DNA of 64,000 nt from Spirochaetia bacterium (GCA_963666985.2 CAXXIA010000002.1:896001-960000); one strand, 5' to 3'; shown: positions 28,761 through 38,722, numbered from the stretch's first letter. Notes: generated by a model not told the origin, from the sequence alone. Translations and numbers: made by a program.

Positions 28761-29026
28761 TATGTGTTCCCCCTTTCCAAAGTCGAACCGACAATCTTAT
28801 TGTTTTCGGGATAATTCCGAAAATCAAATACCGTGATTTCGAATCCCGTGCGTACGCCTCAGGCGCAATCGGCGATGCGATTATCCTTGAGCGCTGATTC
28901 TTGGAATTCTCATAGCCGAACGCGCAAAATACAACGGAGAAATTGAAGGCCTTAAGATCGAATCCCTTCATATCATCGCTTGAGAAGCATGAAATTGATC
29001 GGTGAAAAGACGAATACCCCGGAACA

Positions 29027-29042
29027 ATGATAGCGCTTACAT
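29027..29042. promoter_or_regulatory. LacI-family operator O3
   Basis: ATGATAGCGCTTACAT, 14/16 identical to O1, upstream of the Gfo/Idh/MocA gene. Confidence 0.65.
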
Positions 29043-29197
29043 TCCCGTTTGTGTAAAAAAAATGATGAATCAAAAAAAACTGTTCATGGATTCAATCTGC
29101 CGATCCGTGCTTTTTTCGTACCGTTAGGACCATAGCATCCATTTGGATTTAATCGCCCTTCGTGCCGGATGGAATTTCAAGTATAATCCGAATACCT

Positions 29198-30703
29198 ATG
29201 ACCGAAAAAGAAAATCTCGGTTATCAAATTCTCTCTCTTGCTCAGAACGCGGACAACCGCCATATATTCAAAAAGGAAATCTGTATCCTGCTTTGCAAAC
29301 GATTCAAATGCAGGGAAGCGTTTATTACAATCGAAGAAGAAGATTCCCATACCACCTGGAAAATCGAACGAATCGGCAAAAACGACTTCATTTTCAGCAA
29401 ATCGCCGCAATCATCCCAAGATACGCTCCTGGCGGAAACCGCCGAATCCGCTCCCATATGGTCGGCCCCTTTAGAAATAAGCGGCCGGAGCGTAGGCACA
29501 CTCGTCCTCGTGCCCTCGGACGGAACAGGAATAAACGATGATGTTTCGAACAGCCTGTTCCAGGTTGCCAAGATTCTCGGGCAGGCTATCCATTTCAGAC
29601 GTTCACAGGCCGCATTGAAAGAACGGGTGAAGGAAATCACATGTCTTTATGAAATCACTAAAATCATGCATCGGCCGCAAGTTCCTCTCGAAGAAACACT
29701 GGAAAAAGTCATTGGCGTTATTCCTAAGGCATTTCAGTATCCGTCTTATGCCGAGGCATCCGTTGAATTGGACGGACAAATTTACGGTTCTCGTGAAGCC
29801 ACGGAACAGACCCCGTTTTTAAACAGTCAAATTATTATCTCGGATGCGGAGAGGGGCAGCCTCAAGGTTTGGTATCGCGACGCGTTTCAGACATCCGATG
29901 ACCGCGAATTCTTGCGGGAAGAGCAAGATCTCCTGGACGGGATTGTAACCCAGCTTTCTCTGCTTATAGAAGAACGGGAAACCGAATTGGAAAAACAGAA
30001 ACTGGAAGAACAGCTGCGGCATGCGGACCGTCTTGCCACTTTGGGACAGCTGACCGCCGGTGTCGCCCACGACATCAATGAGCCTTTGGCCAACATCCTC
30101 GGATTTGCCGAACTGATCAAAAAGGAAGAAACTCTTTCGGAGCAATCGCGGAAAGATCTGGAGAAAATAATCACTTCATCGATTTACGCAAGAGACAACG
30201 TTCGCAAACTGCTGACCTTTACGGGAAAAATCATGCCGGGAAAAACCGATCTTGATTTGAACGATATCATCGAAGAAGGTCTCCGATTTTTCGAAACACG
30301 ATGCCGAAAAATGAATATTAAAATCATCACGGAGTTCTCGCCGAAACCGCTGCGTATCATCGCGGACCCCGGACATCTCCATCAAATATTGGTCAACCTT
30401 TTGGTCAACGCCATTCAGGCATTACCCGACGGAGGTCAAATCAAATTGAAAACAGGAGAGGACGGCAAGAACGTTGTTTTCTCCGTTGAAGATAACGGAA
30501 CGGGAATTCCGGTGGAAACCCAAAAGAACATTTTCATTCCGTTTTTTACAACAAAAGAACGAGGAGAAGGTACGGGCCTTGGGTTAACGACGGTACTCGG
30601 CATCGTAACCTCCTATAAAGGGGAAATTGCACTTGAAAGCGAACCGGGGGCTTTTACACGCTTTACAATTCAACTGCCGGGAGCGGTGAGAGTTAATGAG
30701 TGA
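29198..30703 (+). CDS. Cytoplasmic sensor histidine kinase (NtrB-like)
   Basis: LGQLTAGVAHDINEPL, NLLVNAIQA, DNGTGI, PFFTTK, GTGLGL; no obvious TM helix; ATG 29198 is the likely start. Confidence 0.9.
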   Translation: MTEKENLGYQILSLAQNADNRHIFKKEICILLCKRFKCREAFITIEEEDSHTTWKIERIGKNDFIFSKSPQSSQDTLLAETAESAPIWSAPLEISGRSVGTLVLVPSDGTGINDDVSNSLFQVAKILGQAIHFRRSQAALKERVKEITCLYEITKIMHRPQVPLEETLEKVIGVIPKAFQYPSYAEASVELDGQIYGSREATEQTPFLNSQIIISDAERGSLKVWYRDAFQTSDDREFLREEQDLLDGIVTQLSLLIEERETELEKQKLEEQLRHADRLATLGQLTAGVAHDINEPLANILGFAELIKKEETLSEQSRKDLEKIITSSIYARDNVRKLLTFTGKIMPGKTDLDLNDIIEEGLRFFETRCRKMNIKIITEFSPKPLRIIADPGHLHQILVNLLVNAIQALPDGGQIKLKTGEDGKNVVFSVEDNGTGIPVETQKNIFIPFFTTKERGEGTGLGLTTVLGIVTSYKGEIALESEPGAFTRFTIQLPGAVRVNE

Positions 30704-32027
30704 TTACACGATATTAGTCATAGACGATTCGACGGACACGCTGGAGATCATCCAAAGAAATCTGGAATCCCTTGGGCATCATGTTCTTATGGAGAGCAAT
30801 CCCCAAGCCGCCGTTTCCCTTCTTGAATCCTCCAAGGTGGACTTGGTCATCACCGATCTCATGATGCCCGGCATAAACGGTTTGGAGGTTCTCCGATACA
30901 TCCGAGAGAACTATCCGAACATTGAAGTCATGATGGTTACCGGCTACGCAACGGTCAACGGCGCCGTTTCCGCGGTTAAGTCGGGGGCGGAAGAATATTT
31001 GGCGAAACCCTTTACGGAAGAAGAACTCAAGTCGGCTGTCGAACGTGCCCTGATGAAACTGGAACATCGCCGCGGGAAGCAATTGAAAAATCAAAACGAA
31101 TGGTTTTTTCATGGGATGCTCGGCCGCTCTCTTTCGATGCGGGCCGTTTTCGATACCATCAAGCAGGTCTCCCCCACTCCGGCATCCGTTCTTATCAGCG
31201 GTGAAAGCGGAACGGGAAAAGAACTGGTTGCCCGGGCCATTCATTATTCCGGTCCGCGGGCGGCCGGTCCCTTCGTACCGATTAACTGCGGAGCCATTCC
31301 GGAAAATCTTATGGAAAGCGAATTGTTCGGTTACGTTAAAGGAGCTTTTACCGGTGCCGAAACTTCCAGAGCGGGATTTTTTCAAACGGCCGATAAAGGA
31401 ACGATTTTTCTGGACGAAATCAGCGAAACCAGTCCTTCCATGCAAGTAAAACTGCTGAGAGTTCTCCAGGAACAGGAAATCAACATGGTCGGATCGTCAA
31501 AATCCATACCGATCGATGTCCGCGTCCTTTCGGCCACGAATCACGACTTGGAGTCTCTTGTCGAAAAAGGGCTCTTCAGACGCGATCTTTTCTACCGCCT
31601 CAATGTCGTTTCCATCAAAGTTCCTCCGCTTCGCGCGCGTGAAAACGACATTGTTTATCTCGCCCGAATGTTTCTTGAAAAATTCGCCGAATCCTTAGGG
31701 CAGTCTCCCGTAATACTCACCCGGGAAGCGGAAAATGCCCTTTTGGAATATTCATGGCCCGGCAACGTCAGAGAACTTGAAAACCTCATGCAGCGGCTGG
31801 TTATTATGACAAAAGACGGACGGGCCGATGTCGCGGATCTTCCGAAATCCATGCATTACTCAATTCCACAGCCCCTTAAGGAACCGAAAACCTTGGCGGA
31901 AATGGAGCGAAAACATATCGCCGCCATGATGAAGCTTGCGGAAAACAATAAAACGCAAGCCGCGCGGATTCTCGGCATCGACCGAAAAACCCTGCGGGAT
32001 AAACTCAGCAGAATGAACATTGATTAG
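30696..32027 (+). CDS. sigma54-dependent response regulator (NtrC/AtoC family)
   Basis: REC (IDDS, TDLMMPG, KPF), GESGTGKE, GAFTGA, FLDEI, WPGNVRELEN, Fis HTH. Confidence 0.95.
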   Translation: MSDYTILVIDDSTDTLEIIQRNLESLGHHVLMESNPQAAVSLLESSKVDLVITDLMMPGINGLEVLRYIRENYPNIEVMMVTGYATVNGAVSAVKSGAEEYLAKPFTEEELKSAVERALMKLEHRRGKQLKNQNEWFFHGMLGRSLSMRAVFDTIKQVSPTPASVLISGESGTGKELVARAIHYSGPRAAGPFVPINCGAIPENLMESELFGYVKGAFTGAETSRAGFFQTADKGTIFLDEISETSPSMQVKLLRVLQEQEINMVGSSKSIPIDVRVLSATNHDLESLVEKGLFRRDLFYRLNVVSIKVPPLRARENDIVYLARMFLEKFAESLGQSPVILTREAENALLEYSWPGNVRELENLMQRLVIMTKDGRADVADLPKSMHYSIPQPLKEPKTLAEMERKHIAAMMKLAENNKTQAARILGIDRKTLRDKLSRMNID

Positions 32028-32162
32028 TTCCCGGCAGCCGGGGAGAAATTCCCCGGCGGTTCATTCCTCACCACTTATTCAAAGAGAGAGCTTCAGATCC
32101 TCAACTCAGTTAATTCCTTAACACGAAAATAATTCAAGTCTACCATCGGCATTTAAGCGCAT

Positions 32163-32178
32163 TGGCACGATTCATGCT
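32163..32178 (+). promoter_or_regulatory. sigma54 -24/-12 promoter
   Basis: TGGCACGATTCATGCT, GG-N10-GC, downstream of the NtrC-family gene. Confidence 0.8.
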
Positions 32179-32225
32179 TTCTTCTCAGCAGCTCATCAAT
32201 CTGCGAGGTAAAGAAGAGGTGGGAA

Positions 32226-32573
32226 ATGAATAGCACGGCCATTAAAGAATCGGAAACAATCGTGTTCAAGAAAATCGGCATCACCGAATCGGTAAAAGAG
32301 AGGGAAGAACACCATACCGCCTCTCTTTGCGGCGGCTGTCTTCATGAAGAGAACTGCATCAATCGGGGAACCGCGCTGAAGCCCGTATTGGAATGCAATG
32401 AATTCGAATGCGGTCGGCCTCAGACGATGGATTCGGCCGAAAGCTTGCCGAAAATCACGTCCGTTCGGGAAATAACGTCTTACAAAGGTTTATGCGCAAC
32501 ATGTGAAAACAATGAGACCTGCATGTACGCGGATATGGTTACGGGAGTTTGGAACTGCGAGGAATACAAATGA
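32226..32573 (+). CDS. Small Cys-rich protein with two CxxC-x5-C...CxE(F/Y) repeats
   Basis: LCGGCLHEENC...ECNEFE and LCATCENNETC...NCEEYK; SD GAGGTGGG; ATGA overlap with gdh. Confidence 0.75.
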   Translation: MNSTAIKESETIVFKKIGITESVKEREEHHTASLCGGCLHEENCINRGTALKPVLECNEFECGRPQTMDSAESLPKITSVREITSYKGLCATCENNETCMYADMVTGVWNCEEYK

Positions 32574-33865
32574 TCAATGTCATCGAAAAAGAAACCGAAC
32601 GGCGCACGGATGAAAATTCTCTGTTCAAGAATGTGGGGATTCAATTAAAAAAAGCGGCCGATCTCATGAATCTTAATCCGGATATCGCCGATATCGTTTC
32701 GGCTCCCAACAATGAAATTGTCGTTAATTTCCCGGTTAAAATGGACAACGGCCGGGTACGGATTTTCACCGGATACCGAGTTCAGCACAACAATATTCTC
32801 GGTCCCTATAAGGGCGGTCTTCGCTATCATCCCACTGTGAATATTGATGAAATCAGAGCCCTTGCCAGTTGGATGACCTGGAAAGGAGCCATCAACAGGA
32901 TTCCTTTCGGCGGGGCCAAAGGCGGGATTCAGATTAATCCAAGAGAATTTTCCCAGGCCGAACTGGAACGAATTACACGCCGCTTCACATTCGCTCTCGG
33001 ACCCAATATCGGCCCGGAATACGATATCCCGGCTCCGGATGTAAACACGAACGAACAAATCATGGCCTGGATTCTGGATACCTATTTAACGACGATACCG
33101 CCTTCCGAACGGCACAGATCAATCCATGTCGTCACGGGGAAACCGGTGGAATCGGGAGGGAGTCCGGGACGAAACAAAGCAACCGGACAGGGTGTTGTCT
33201 TCGCCGTCATGGAATGGGCGGAACGTTCGGGGATTGAACTCAGCGGACTGCGTTTCTTCATTCAGGGATTCGGCAACGTGGGATCCTGGACCGCGAAGCT
33301 TCTTTGCGGAGCCGGTGCCGTGCTGGTTGGGGTGGAAGAAATCAGCGGAGCCGTCGTTTCGCCCGAAGGCATCGACCCTGTAAAATTGGAGCAGCACCTT
33401 TTGTTGAATAAGGACATCGGGACGTTTCCGGGGGTTAAGAAAATCACGCATGATGGCTTTTTGGAAACGGAAGCGGATATATTCATTCCCGCGGCCCTGG
33501 AAAATCAGATAACACGGAAAACGGCACCGCTTCTTAATGTGCGTTTAGTCGCCGAAGGAGCGAACGGGCCGACAACGCCGGAAGGGGACGGAATCCTCGA
33601 AGAACGGGGGATTGAAGTCCTGCCGGATATTTTCTGCAATTCGGGAGGCGTCATCGTCAGCTATTTCGAATGGCTTCAGAATAAGCGAAGCGAATCATGG
33701 GAGCTTGAAGAAGTCGACGCCAAGCTTAAGAAAAAAATCACGACTTCCTTCCATCGAATAGAAGACAAAAGAGAAGCCATGAACACCGACCGGAGAACGG
33801 CCGCTTATATCGTGGCGCTGGAATACCTGGAGAAAGTGTATCTGGAACGAGGAATCTATCCGTAG
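32570..33865 (+). CDS. gdhA: Glu/Leu/Phe/Val dehydrogenase, most likely glutamate dehydrogenase
   Basis: GPYKGGLRYHP, MTWK, GGAKGG, DIPAPDVNT, QGFGNVG, EGANGP, VSYFEW. Confidence 0.9.
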   Translation: MINVIEKETERRTDENSLFKNVGIQLKKAADLMNLNPDIADIVSAPNNEIVVNFPVKMDNGRVRIFTGYRVQHNNILGPYKGGLRYHPTVNIDEIRALASWMTWKGAINRIPFGGAKGGIQINPREFSQAELERITRRFTFALGPNIGPEYDIPAPDVNTNEQIMAWILDTYLTTIPPSERHRSIHVVTGKPVESGGSPGRNKATGQGVVFAVMEWAERSGIELSGLRFFIQGFGNVGSWTAKLLCGAGAVLVGVEEISGAVVSPEGIDPVKLEQHLLLNKDIGTFPGVKKITHDGFLETEADIFIPAALENQITRKTAPLLNVRLVAEGANGPTTPEGDGILEERGIEVLPDIFCNSGGVIVSYFEWLQNKRSESWELEEVDAKLKKKITTSFHRIEDKREAMNTDRRTAAYIVALEYLEKVYLERGIYP

Positions 33866-33893
33866 GTTTCAGCGGGTACGTTCGGGATTCTTG

Positions 33894-34061
33894 CCGGGCG
33901 TGCTTCAGCTGAAGCATGCCCGGATTCCGCCGACGCGAAGTTCGGCGGAATCCGGGATAACTCATTCATCCGCGGAAAAAGCCGTGGTGTTCCGCCTGTA
34001 GCCCCGTAAAAGCCGAAATGAATAACCCGCGGCTCCGCTTGTGCGCTAAGAGCGGAGCCGC
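33894..34061. repeat. Cluster of GC-rich inverted repeats (REP-like or terminator)
   Basis: CCGGGCGTGCTTCAGCTGAAGCATGCCCGG; 15-bp stem 33919-33933/33942-33956; 11-bp stem 34029-34039/34051-34061. Confidence 0.65.
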
Positions 34062-34225
34062 CGAAAACAAATGCCTGAGGCTTTCCATTCAAGCCATATC
34101 CCAAACAGCTGTTCCACAACGTCGAATCGCGCAGCGTTTCAACGGGCAAGAGCCGAATCGCGCATCAATTCAGCGAGCCGTTTTTTGAAAGAGCCACGAT
34201 TCTTCCACCCTTTTCCTTCGCGAAA

Positions 34226-36877
34226 GTGTATGCTTATGTTTCAATCGTGGACGGCCTTCTTTTAAGCAAACTCACGCCTCCGGAGCCATCACAGCTTTTG
34301 GAACGTCTTCCGCTGTTTGAGAAGATGAACGCCGGTCTTTCAAAACCCTTGATTCTGATATCGGCTCCGCCGGGTTTCGGCAAAACGTCCCTGCTTGCCT
34401 CCTGGATAAAAACTCTGAATCGGCCCGCCGCATGGCTGTCGCTGGATGAAAACGACAATGACGAATCCAGATTCCATCATTATATAGAAGAAGCCGTTTC
34501 ACGAGCCGTTCCCACCCTGGACCGATTGATGCTTATTGCTTCCGACGACAGGCGGCGAAGCCATTCCGATATACTGCTTTTGAATGCCCTGGAAACCAAG
34601 GTCCATGAATTGGTTATCTGCATCGATGATGTTCACCATTTGAAAAATCCGAAAATACTGGAAAGCCTGCGAATGATGATCGATCATCTCCCGAGAGGAC
34701 TCACACTCGTCATTTCTTCCCGAACGAATCCGGAACTGCCACTGGCCCGCTATAAAGCGAACCGGCGCATGACTTTTCTGGACAGCCGAGACCTCCGTTT
34801 CAGCAGAAAGGAAAGCGACAAGTTCCTTCGCAACCATCTGAATCGGAATCTGTCGGCAAAAGAAATTACCGATCTTCACCTTACCAGCGAAGGGTGGATT
34901 GCCGGCCTCATCATGCTCTGCATGGGAAAACACGGCCGGGAACAAATCCCTTGGAATCCCAACCGCGACTATGGAGATTTTGACCGGTATCTGGAAGACG
35001 AAGTGTTCGGAAAGCTGCCGGATAGATCGCGTGATTTCCTGCTGTTTTGTTCCGTACTGACCGAACTGGAAGAGACCCTCTGCGGAAAAGTTTCGGGGTT
35101 CGCCGATGCCGCGCTTCTATTGGACCAAGCGGCTTCCGACAACCTCTTTCTGGTACCGCTCTCCCGAAATCCCAACCGTTATCGCTTCCATCAAATTTTC
35201 CATCAGTTCCTCAAGCGGCAGCTGGTTAAACGATACGGAACGGAAAAGAAACGGCACCTCCATTTACGGGCCTTCAAGGAACTGAGTAAAAGAAACCGAT
35301 GGGAGGAAGCTTGCGATCAAATCTTGGAACTCCGGGATTGGGAACTCCTCGCCGGTTTCCTGGACGACCGCGGTGAAGACCTTCTCATTCAGGGCAAATC
35401 GGGAATCCTCAACCGCTTTACTCACGAGATTCCCCCGGACGTTCTCAACCGTTTTCCGAAATTATGTATTTGCACCGCTTTTTCCCGTTTTCTGGCGTCC
35501 GAATCACTCACCGAAATCCTCCCCCTGCTGGTATCGGCGGAGTCTAAAAATCTTGACGATTATCTTAAGGGAGCCGTTTATTCCCTCAGATCTCTCTTCG
35601 CGGTATTCTCCGCCGATTTTTCCGGATATCTTCGGGAACAAAAAACGGCGGAATCCCTCCTCGCCGATTACAGAGGATTCTTTTCCGGTTTCTTAAACTA
35701 CATCCGCTGCTGGGGCCTTTATTTCAGTCCGGACAGTTTGAAAGGCATCGGTACCGTTTTGGAAAATAACGCCAAAGAGGCCCTTGGCGAAGGGAACTGG
35801 TCCATAGCCGTATCCAGTTATGTGGAATTCGCCAGAATCCAGAGGTTCAGGGGCCGTCCCGCCGCCGGTTTGGCTTATTTTAATCGGGCGGAAGAAATCT
35901 GTCGGGCTCATCAGAATTTCGATACACCGCTGGGAATGTCCATAATTCAGGGGAAAGCGGAAATTTTCTATGAGAAAAATCAGCTTGCCGATGTCGAAGA
36001 AAGTCTTCTGGCCCTATCCCGGCTGGAAGAATCCTGGGGTCCCGTAAACCGGCTGGAAAGGGATTTGCTTTCGGCCCGCTTCTTCGCCGCCATAGGAGAT
36101 TTCAAGTCCTGTGAAGAGGCTCTCATTCAAGCCGAAACCCGCGCCATTCGGTTTGATGCTTCGGATCTGGACGATATCGGCGTCAGGCTGGAACGGCACA
36201 ATCTGGGATTAACCTATAATCATCCTTCGTTTATTTACGAAATAGATGCCTTGAAGGAAGATATGGACATGCTGGTCAACAGCTTCAGGAACCGCATCAA
36301 TATGCCGCTTTTTCTTCTTCAAAAACTGAAACTGATCAGTGCGCGCAGTTATTGGTTTTTCGGTCATCCGGAAACGGCGCTGACCATGCTGGAAGGAGAG
36401 CCCTCATTCTTCGGCAAAACAAAGGGAAAATCTGTCTCGCCTCCCCTTCTGGCATACCAAGGGATGATTAAACAAACTCTCGGAGAAGACGGTGGGAACG
36501 ATTTAATCATGGCGCTGAAAGAAGGATTCCGAACGGAACTGACACGAAGCTTCGTCGATTTGGGCAAGCCGGTTATGGATATGATCGCTTCCGTCAAAGT
36601 CCCGAAAACGCTGGAGCAGTACAAAAAAACATTACTCCGGGCCGCGTCCTTCGGCACGCAGGAACACAGCTCCGCCGCGGAATTGAGTCCGCGGGAAAAA
36701 GAAATTCTCCTGCTGGTGAAAGAAGGAAAAAGCAATAAAGAAATCGGAGCGGCGCTTTTCATCAGCGATAGAACAATCAAATGGCATCTGGCCAGAATCT
36801 ACGGGAAATTGGATGTTCACAACAGAACCGGTGCTTTAGCGGCCGCTAAGGCGCAAAACTGGCCGGGGTTCGAATAA
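34226..36877 (+). CDS. MalT-like (LAL/STAND) LuxR-family regulator
   Basis: SKLTPP, APPGFGKTSLL, WLSLDENDND, IDDVH, EGWIAGL, YRFHQIF, C-terminal LSPREKEIL..GKSNKEI..KLDV. Confidence 0.92.
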   Translation: MYAYVSIVDGLLLSKLTPPEPSQLLERLPLFEKMNAGLSKPLILISAPPGFGKTSLLASWIKTLNRPAAWLSLDENDNDESRFHHYIEEAVSRAVPTLDRLMLIASDDRRRSHSDILLLNALETKVHELVICIDDVHHLKNPKILESLRMMIDHLPRGLTLVISSRTNPELPLARYKANRRMTFLDSRDLRFSRKESDKFLRNHLNRNLSAKEITDLHLTSEGWIAGLIMLCMGKHGREQIPWNPNRDYGDFDRYLEDEVFGKLPDRSRDFLLFCSVLTELEETLCGKVSGFADAALLLDQAASDNLFLVPLSRNPNRYRFHQIFHQFLKRQLVKRYGTEKKRHLHLRAFKELSKRNRWEEACDQILELRDWELLAGFLDDRGEDLLIQGKSGILNRFTHEIPPDVLNRFPKLCICTAFSRFLASESLTEILPLLVSAESKNLDDYLKGAVYSLRSLFAVFSADFSGYLREQKTAESLLADYRGFFSGFLNYIRCWGLYFSPDSLKGIGTVLENNAKEALGEGNWSIAVSSYVEFARIQRFRGRPAAGLAYFNRAEEICRAHQNFDTPLGMSIIQGKAEIFYEKNQLADVEESLLALSRLEESWGPVNRLERDLLSARFFAAIGDFKSCEEALIQAETRAIRFDASDLDDIGVRLERHNLGLTYNHPSFIYEIDALKEDMDMLVNSFRNRINMPLFLLQKLKLISARSYWFFGHPETALTMLEGEPSFFGKTKGKSVSPPLLAYQGMIKQTLGEDGGNDLIMALKEGFRTELTRSFVDLGKPVMDMIASVKVPKTLEQYKKTLLRAASFGTQEHSSAAELSPREKEILLLVKEGKSNKEIGAALFISDRTIKWHLARIYGKLDVHNRTGALAAAKAQNWPGFE

Positions 36878-36879
36878 AT

Positions 36880-36900
36880 CCATACTTTCCCCATACTTTC
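36880..36900 (+). promoter_or_regulatory. Direct repeat, candidate binding site of the MalT-like regulator
   Basis: CCATACTTTC twice with an 11-bp period, just after the regulator stop and upstream of the radical SAM gene. Confidence 0.5.
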
Positions 36901-36957
36901 GGCCGATTTGAAGCTCTTCCGCTTTCCCTTAACTTTGAAAAAGTTAAGGAGAATATC

Positions 36958-38439
36958 ATGAATGTTAATACGGGTAACGGTATCGGTTCCAGACTCAAAG
37001 CCGATCTGGAACGTCACGCTCTCAGCCGAATCATCGTTCCTTCCTTGACGGGAGAAATGAAGGATTTGTCGGGACTTCTGGAACTTCGGAAAGCGGAAAA
37101 CACGAATGACGGTTTAGATGCTTTTCTCGGACAGCTGGAAAGAGATATTGCGGAAGAAAGCGGTTTTGCCCTGCTGCTCTCCCGCGTAGGCAGCCAAGTC
37201 AACAAACAGTGCAAGAAGAAACTGGTAACGAACCTTATCTATAACTGGAACGTGGAAGGTTCAAAACGCCGAACCGCTTGGAGGGAAAAAGGGTATCATA
37301 TTCCCAATCTTTTCGTTATCAGTCCCACGATGCGGTGCAATCTGCATTGTACCGGCTGCTACTCCGGGCTTTACCAAAAAGACGGAGATTTGACGGAAGA
37401 GGAAATCGACGATGTCCTGACTCAGGCTCGGGAGCTGGGGATGTACTTCTGCGTAATTTCCGGCGGCGAGCCTTATGTGCTCAAGGATATGTGGCTCCGG
37501 CTCTTCCGAAAATATAACGATATGTATTTTCTGACATTCACCAACGGAACATTCCTGGACGAAGAAACCGTTGCGGAATTGGCGCAATTGGGCAATGTGG
37601 CTCCGGCCATCAGTGTCGAAGGGTATGAAGAAGAAACAGACTCCCGCCGAGGAAAAGGCGTTTACAAAAAAGTCTGCGACGCAATGGAGCGTTTAAAGCG
37701 TCACGGTGTTATTTTCGGTTCCAGCGTTACATACACCGGCAAAAACTCGGAAATGGTTTCTTCCAAACCGTTTGTCGAAACTTTGATTGATAAAGGTGTT
37801 ATTTTCAGCTGGTATTTCATGTTCATGCCCGTGGGGAAAGATCCTATCCTCGAGTTGGTTCCCTCTCCCATGCAGCGGCTGAAAACCGGACGCGGCATCG
37901 CGCGGCTCAGAAAAGAACTGCCGATTTTCCTGGCCGACTTCTGGAACGACGGCCCCGCGGCGGGCGGCTGTTTGGCCGGAGGCCGTTCTTATTTCCACAT
38001 CCTCAATTCGGGCCGAGTGGAACCGTGCGTTTTCGTTCATTTCGGCAAAGACAATATCAGGGAAAAGCGGTTGCTCGATATTATCGATTCCGACTTTTTC
38101 AAAGCGATTCGCAGAGAATTCCCCTATAACGAAAACGGCAATCTGATGAGACCGTGCATGATTATCGACAATCCGGAAGTCTTGAGGAAAGTCGTTCGTC
38201 AATACATCCCCGAACAGGGACACAGAGGCTCGGAAGACATTGTCTGTAAAGAGCAAACAGTCCGATGGATCGATAACTACGCCAAGGGATTCAAAGATCT
38301 TACGGAAGATGAATGGCTGGAAGAAATCAACAAACCCGACTCCCGCTGGTACAAGGAAAAACCGGAATACCGGGGACTCTTCCGGTTTCAGGAGAAAACG
38401 GAAGAAATAAAAGAAACCGAGAGCGCCGGCGTAAAATAA
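36958..38439 (+). CDS. Radical SAM protein with C-terminal auxiliary-cluster (SPASM/twitch-like) region
   Basis: CNLHCTGC, SGGEP, TNGT, GCLAGG..VEPCVF..RPCMIID; SD AAGGAG. Confidence 0.9.
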   Translation: MNVNTGNGIGSRLKADLERHALSRIIVPSLTGEMKDLSGLLELRKAENTNDGLDAFLGQLERDIAEESGFALLLSRVGSQVNKQCKKKLVTNLIYNWNVEGSKRRTAWREKGYHIPNLFVISPTMRCNLHCTGCYSGLYQKDGDLTEEEIDDVLTQARELGMYFCVISGGEPYVLKDMWLRLFRKYNDMYFLTFTNGTFLDEETVAELAQLGNVAPAISVEGYEEETDSRRGKGVYKKVCDAMERLKRHGVIFGSSVTYTGKNSEMVSSKPFVETLIDKGVIFSWYFMFMPVGKDPILELVPSPMQRLKTGRGIARLRKELPIFLADFWNDGPAAGGCLAGGRSYFHILNSGRVEPCVFVHFGKDNIREKRLLDIIDSDFFKAIRREFPYNENGNLMRPCMIIDNPEVLRKVVRQYIPEQGHRGSEDIVCKEQTVRWIDNYAKGFKDLTEDEWLEEINKPDSRWYKEKPEYRGLFRFQEKTEEIKETESAGVK

Positions 38440-38484
38440 AACGTCTCTTTTAATCTCACTTTTCCCGGTTTGAATCCCATCCCG

Positions 38485-38518
38485 ATATATTGCCTAGGAT
38501 ACCTCTTAGGCAATATAT
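38485..38518. promoter_or_regulatory. Perfect 12-bp inverted repeat (operator or terminator)
   Basis: ATATATTGCCTA-N10-TAGGCAATATAT. Confidence 0.55.
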
Positions 38519-38577
38519 TTATCATACGGCGGATTAGCCGCACCTATCTTACCGCGAGGAGGTCGGAGAAGATCGTT

Positions 38578-38673
38578 ATGAACGATCCGGATGGCAGTAG
38601 TCACCCCAGACACAACAGAACATACCATCCCTTCCGGACCTGTTTCGCGGCGGCCGTGGACCTTTCGAACTAG
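38578..38673 (+). CDS. Candidate corA leader peptide (31 aa)
   Basis: MNDPDGSSHPRHNRTYHPFRTCFAAAVDLSN; SD GGAG; contains TCCCTTCC complementary to the corA SD. Confidence 0.35.
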   Translation: MNDPDGSSHPRHNRTYHPFRTCFAAAVDLSN

Positions 38674-38722
38674 GTCTTATTCTCCGCGACACTTCCGAAA
38701 GGCGGTGGAAGGGAGAAAAAAA

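Noticed and set aside
28672..29073. 133-aa - strand ORF upstream of the oxidoreductase
   Set aside because: No motif or SD; it spans the operator and overlaps the real gene out of frame
38521..38720. M-box, yybP-ykoY or NiCo riboswitch upstream of corA
   Set aside because: Consensus elements were not recognised by eye; an Rfam search would settle it
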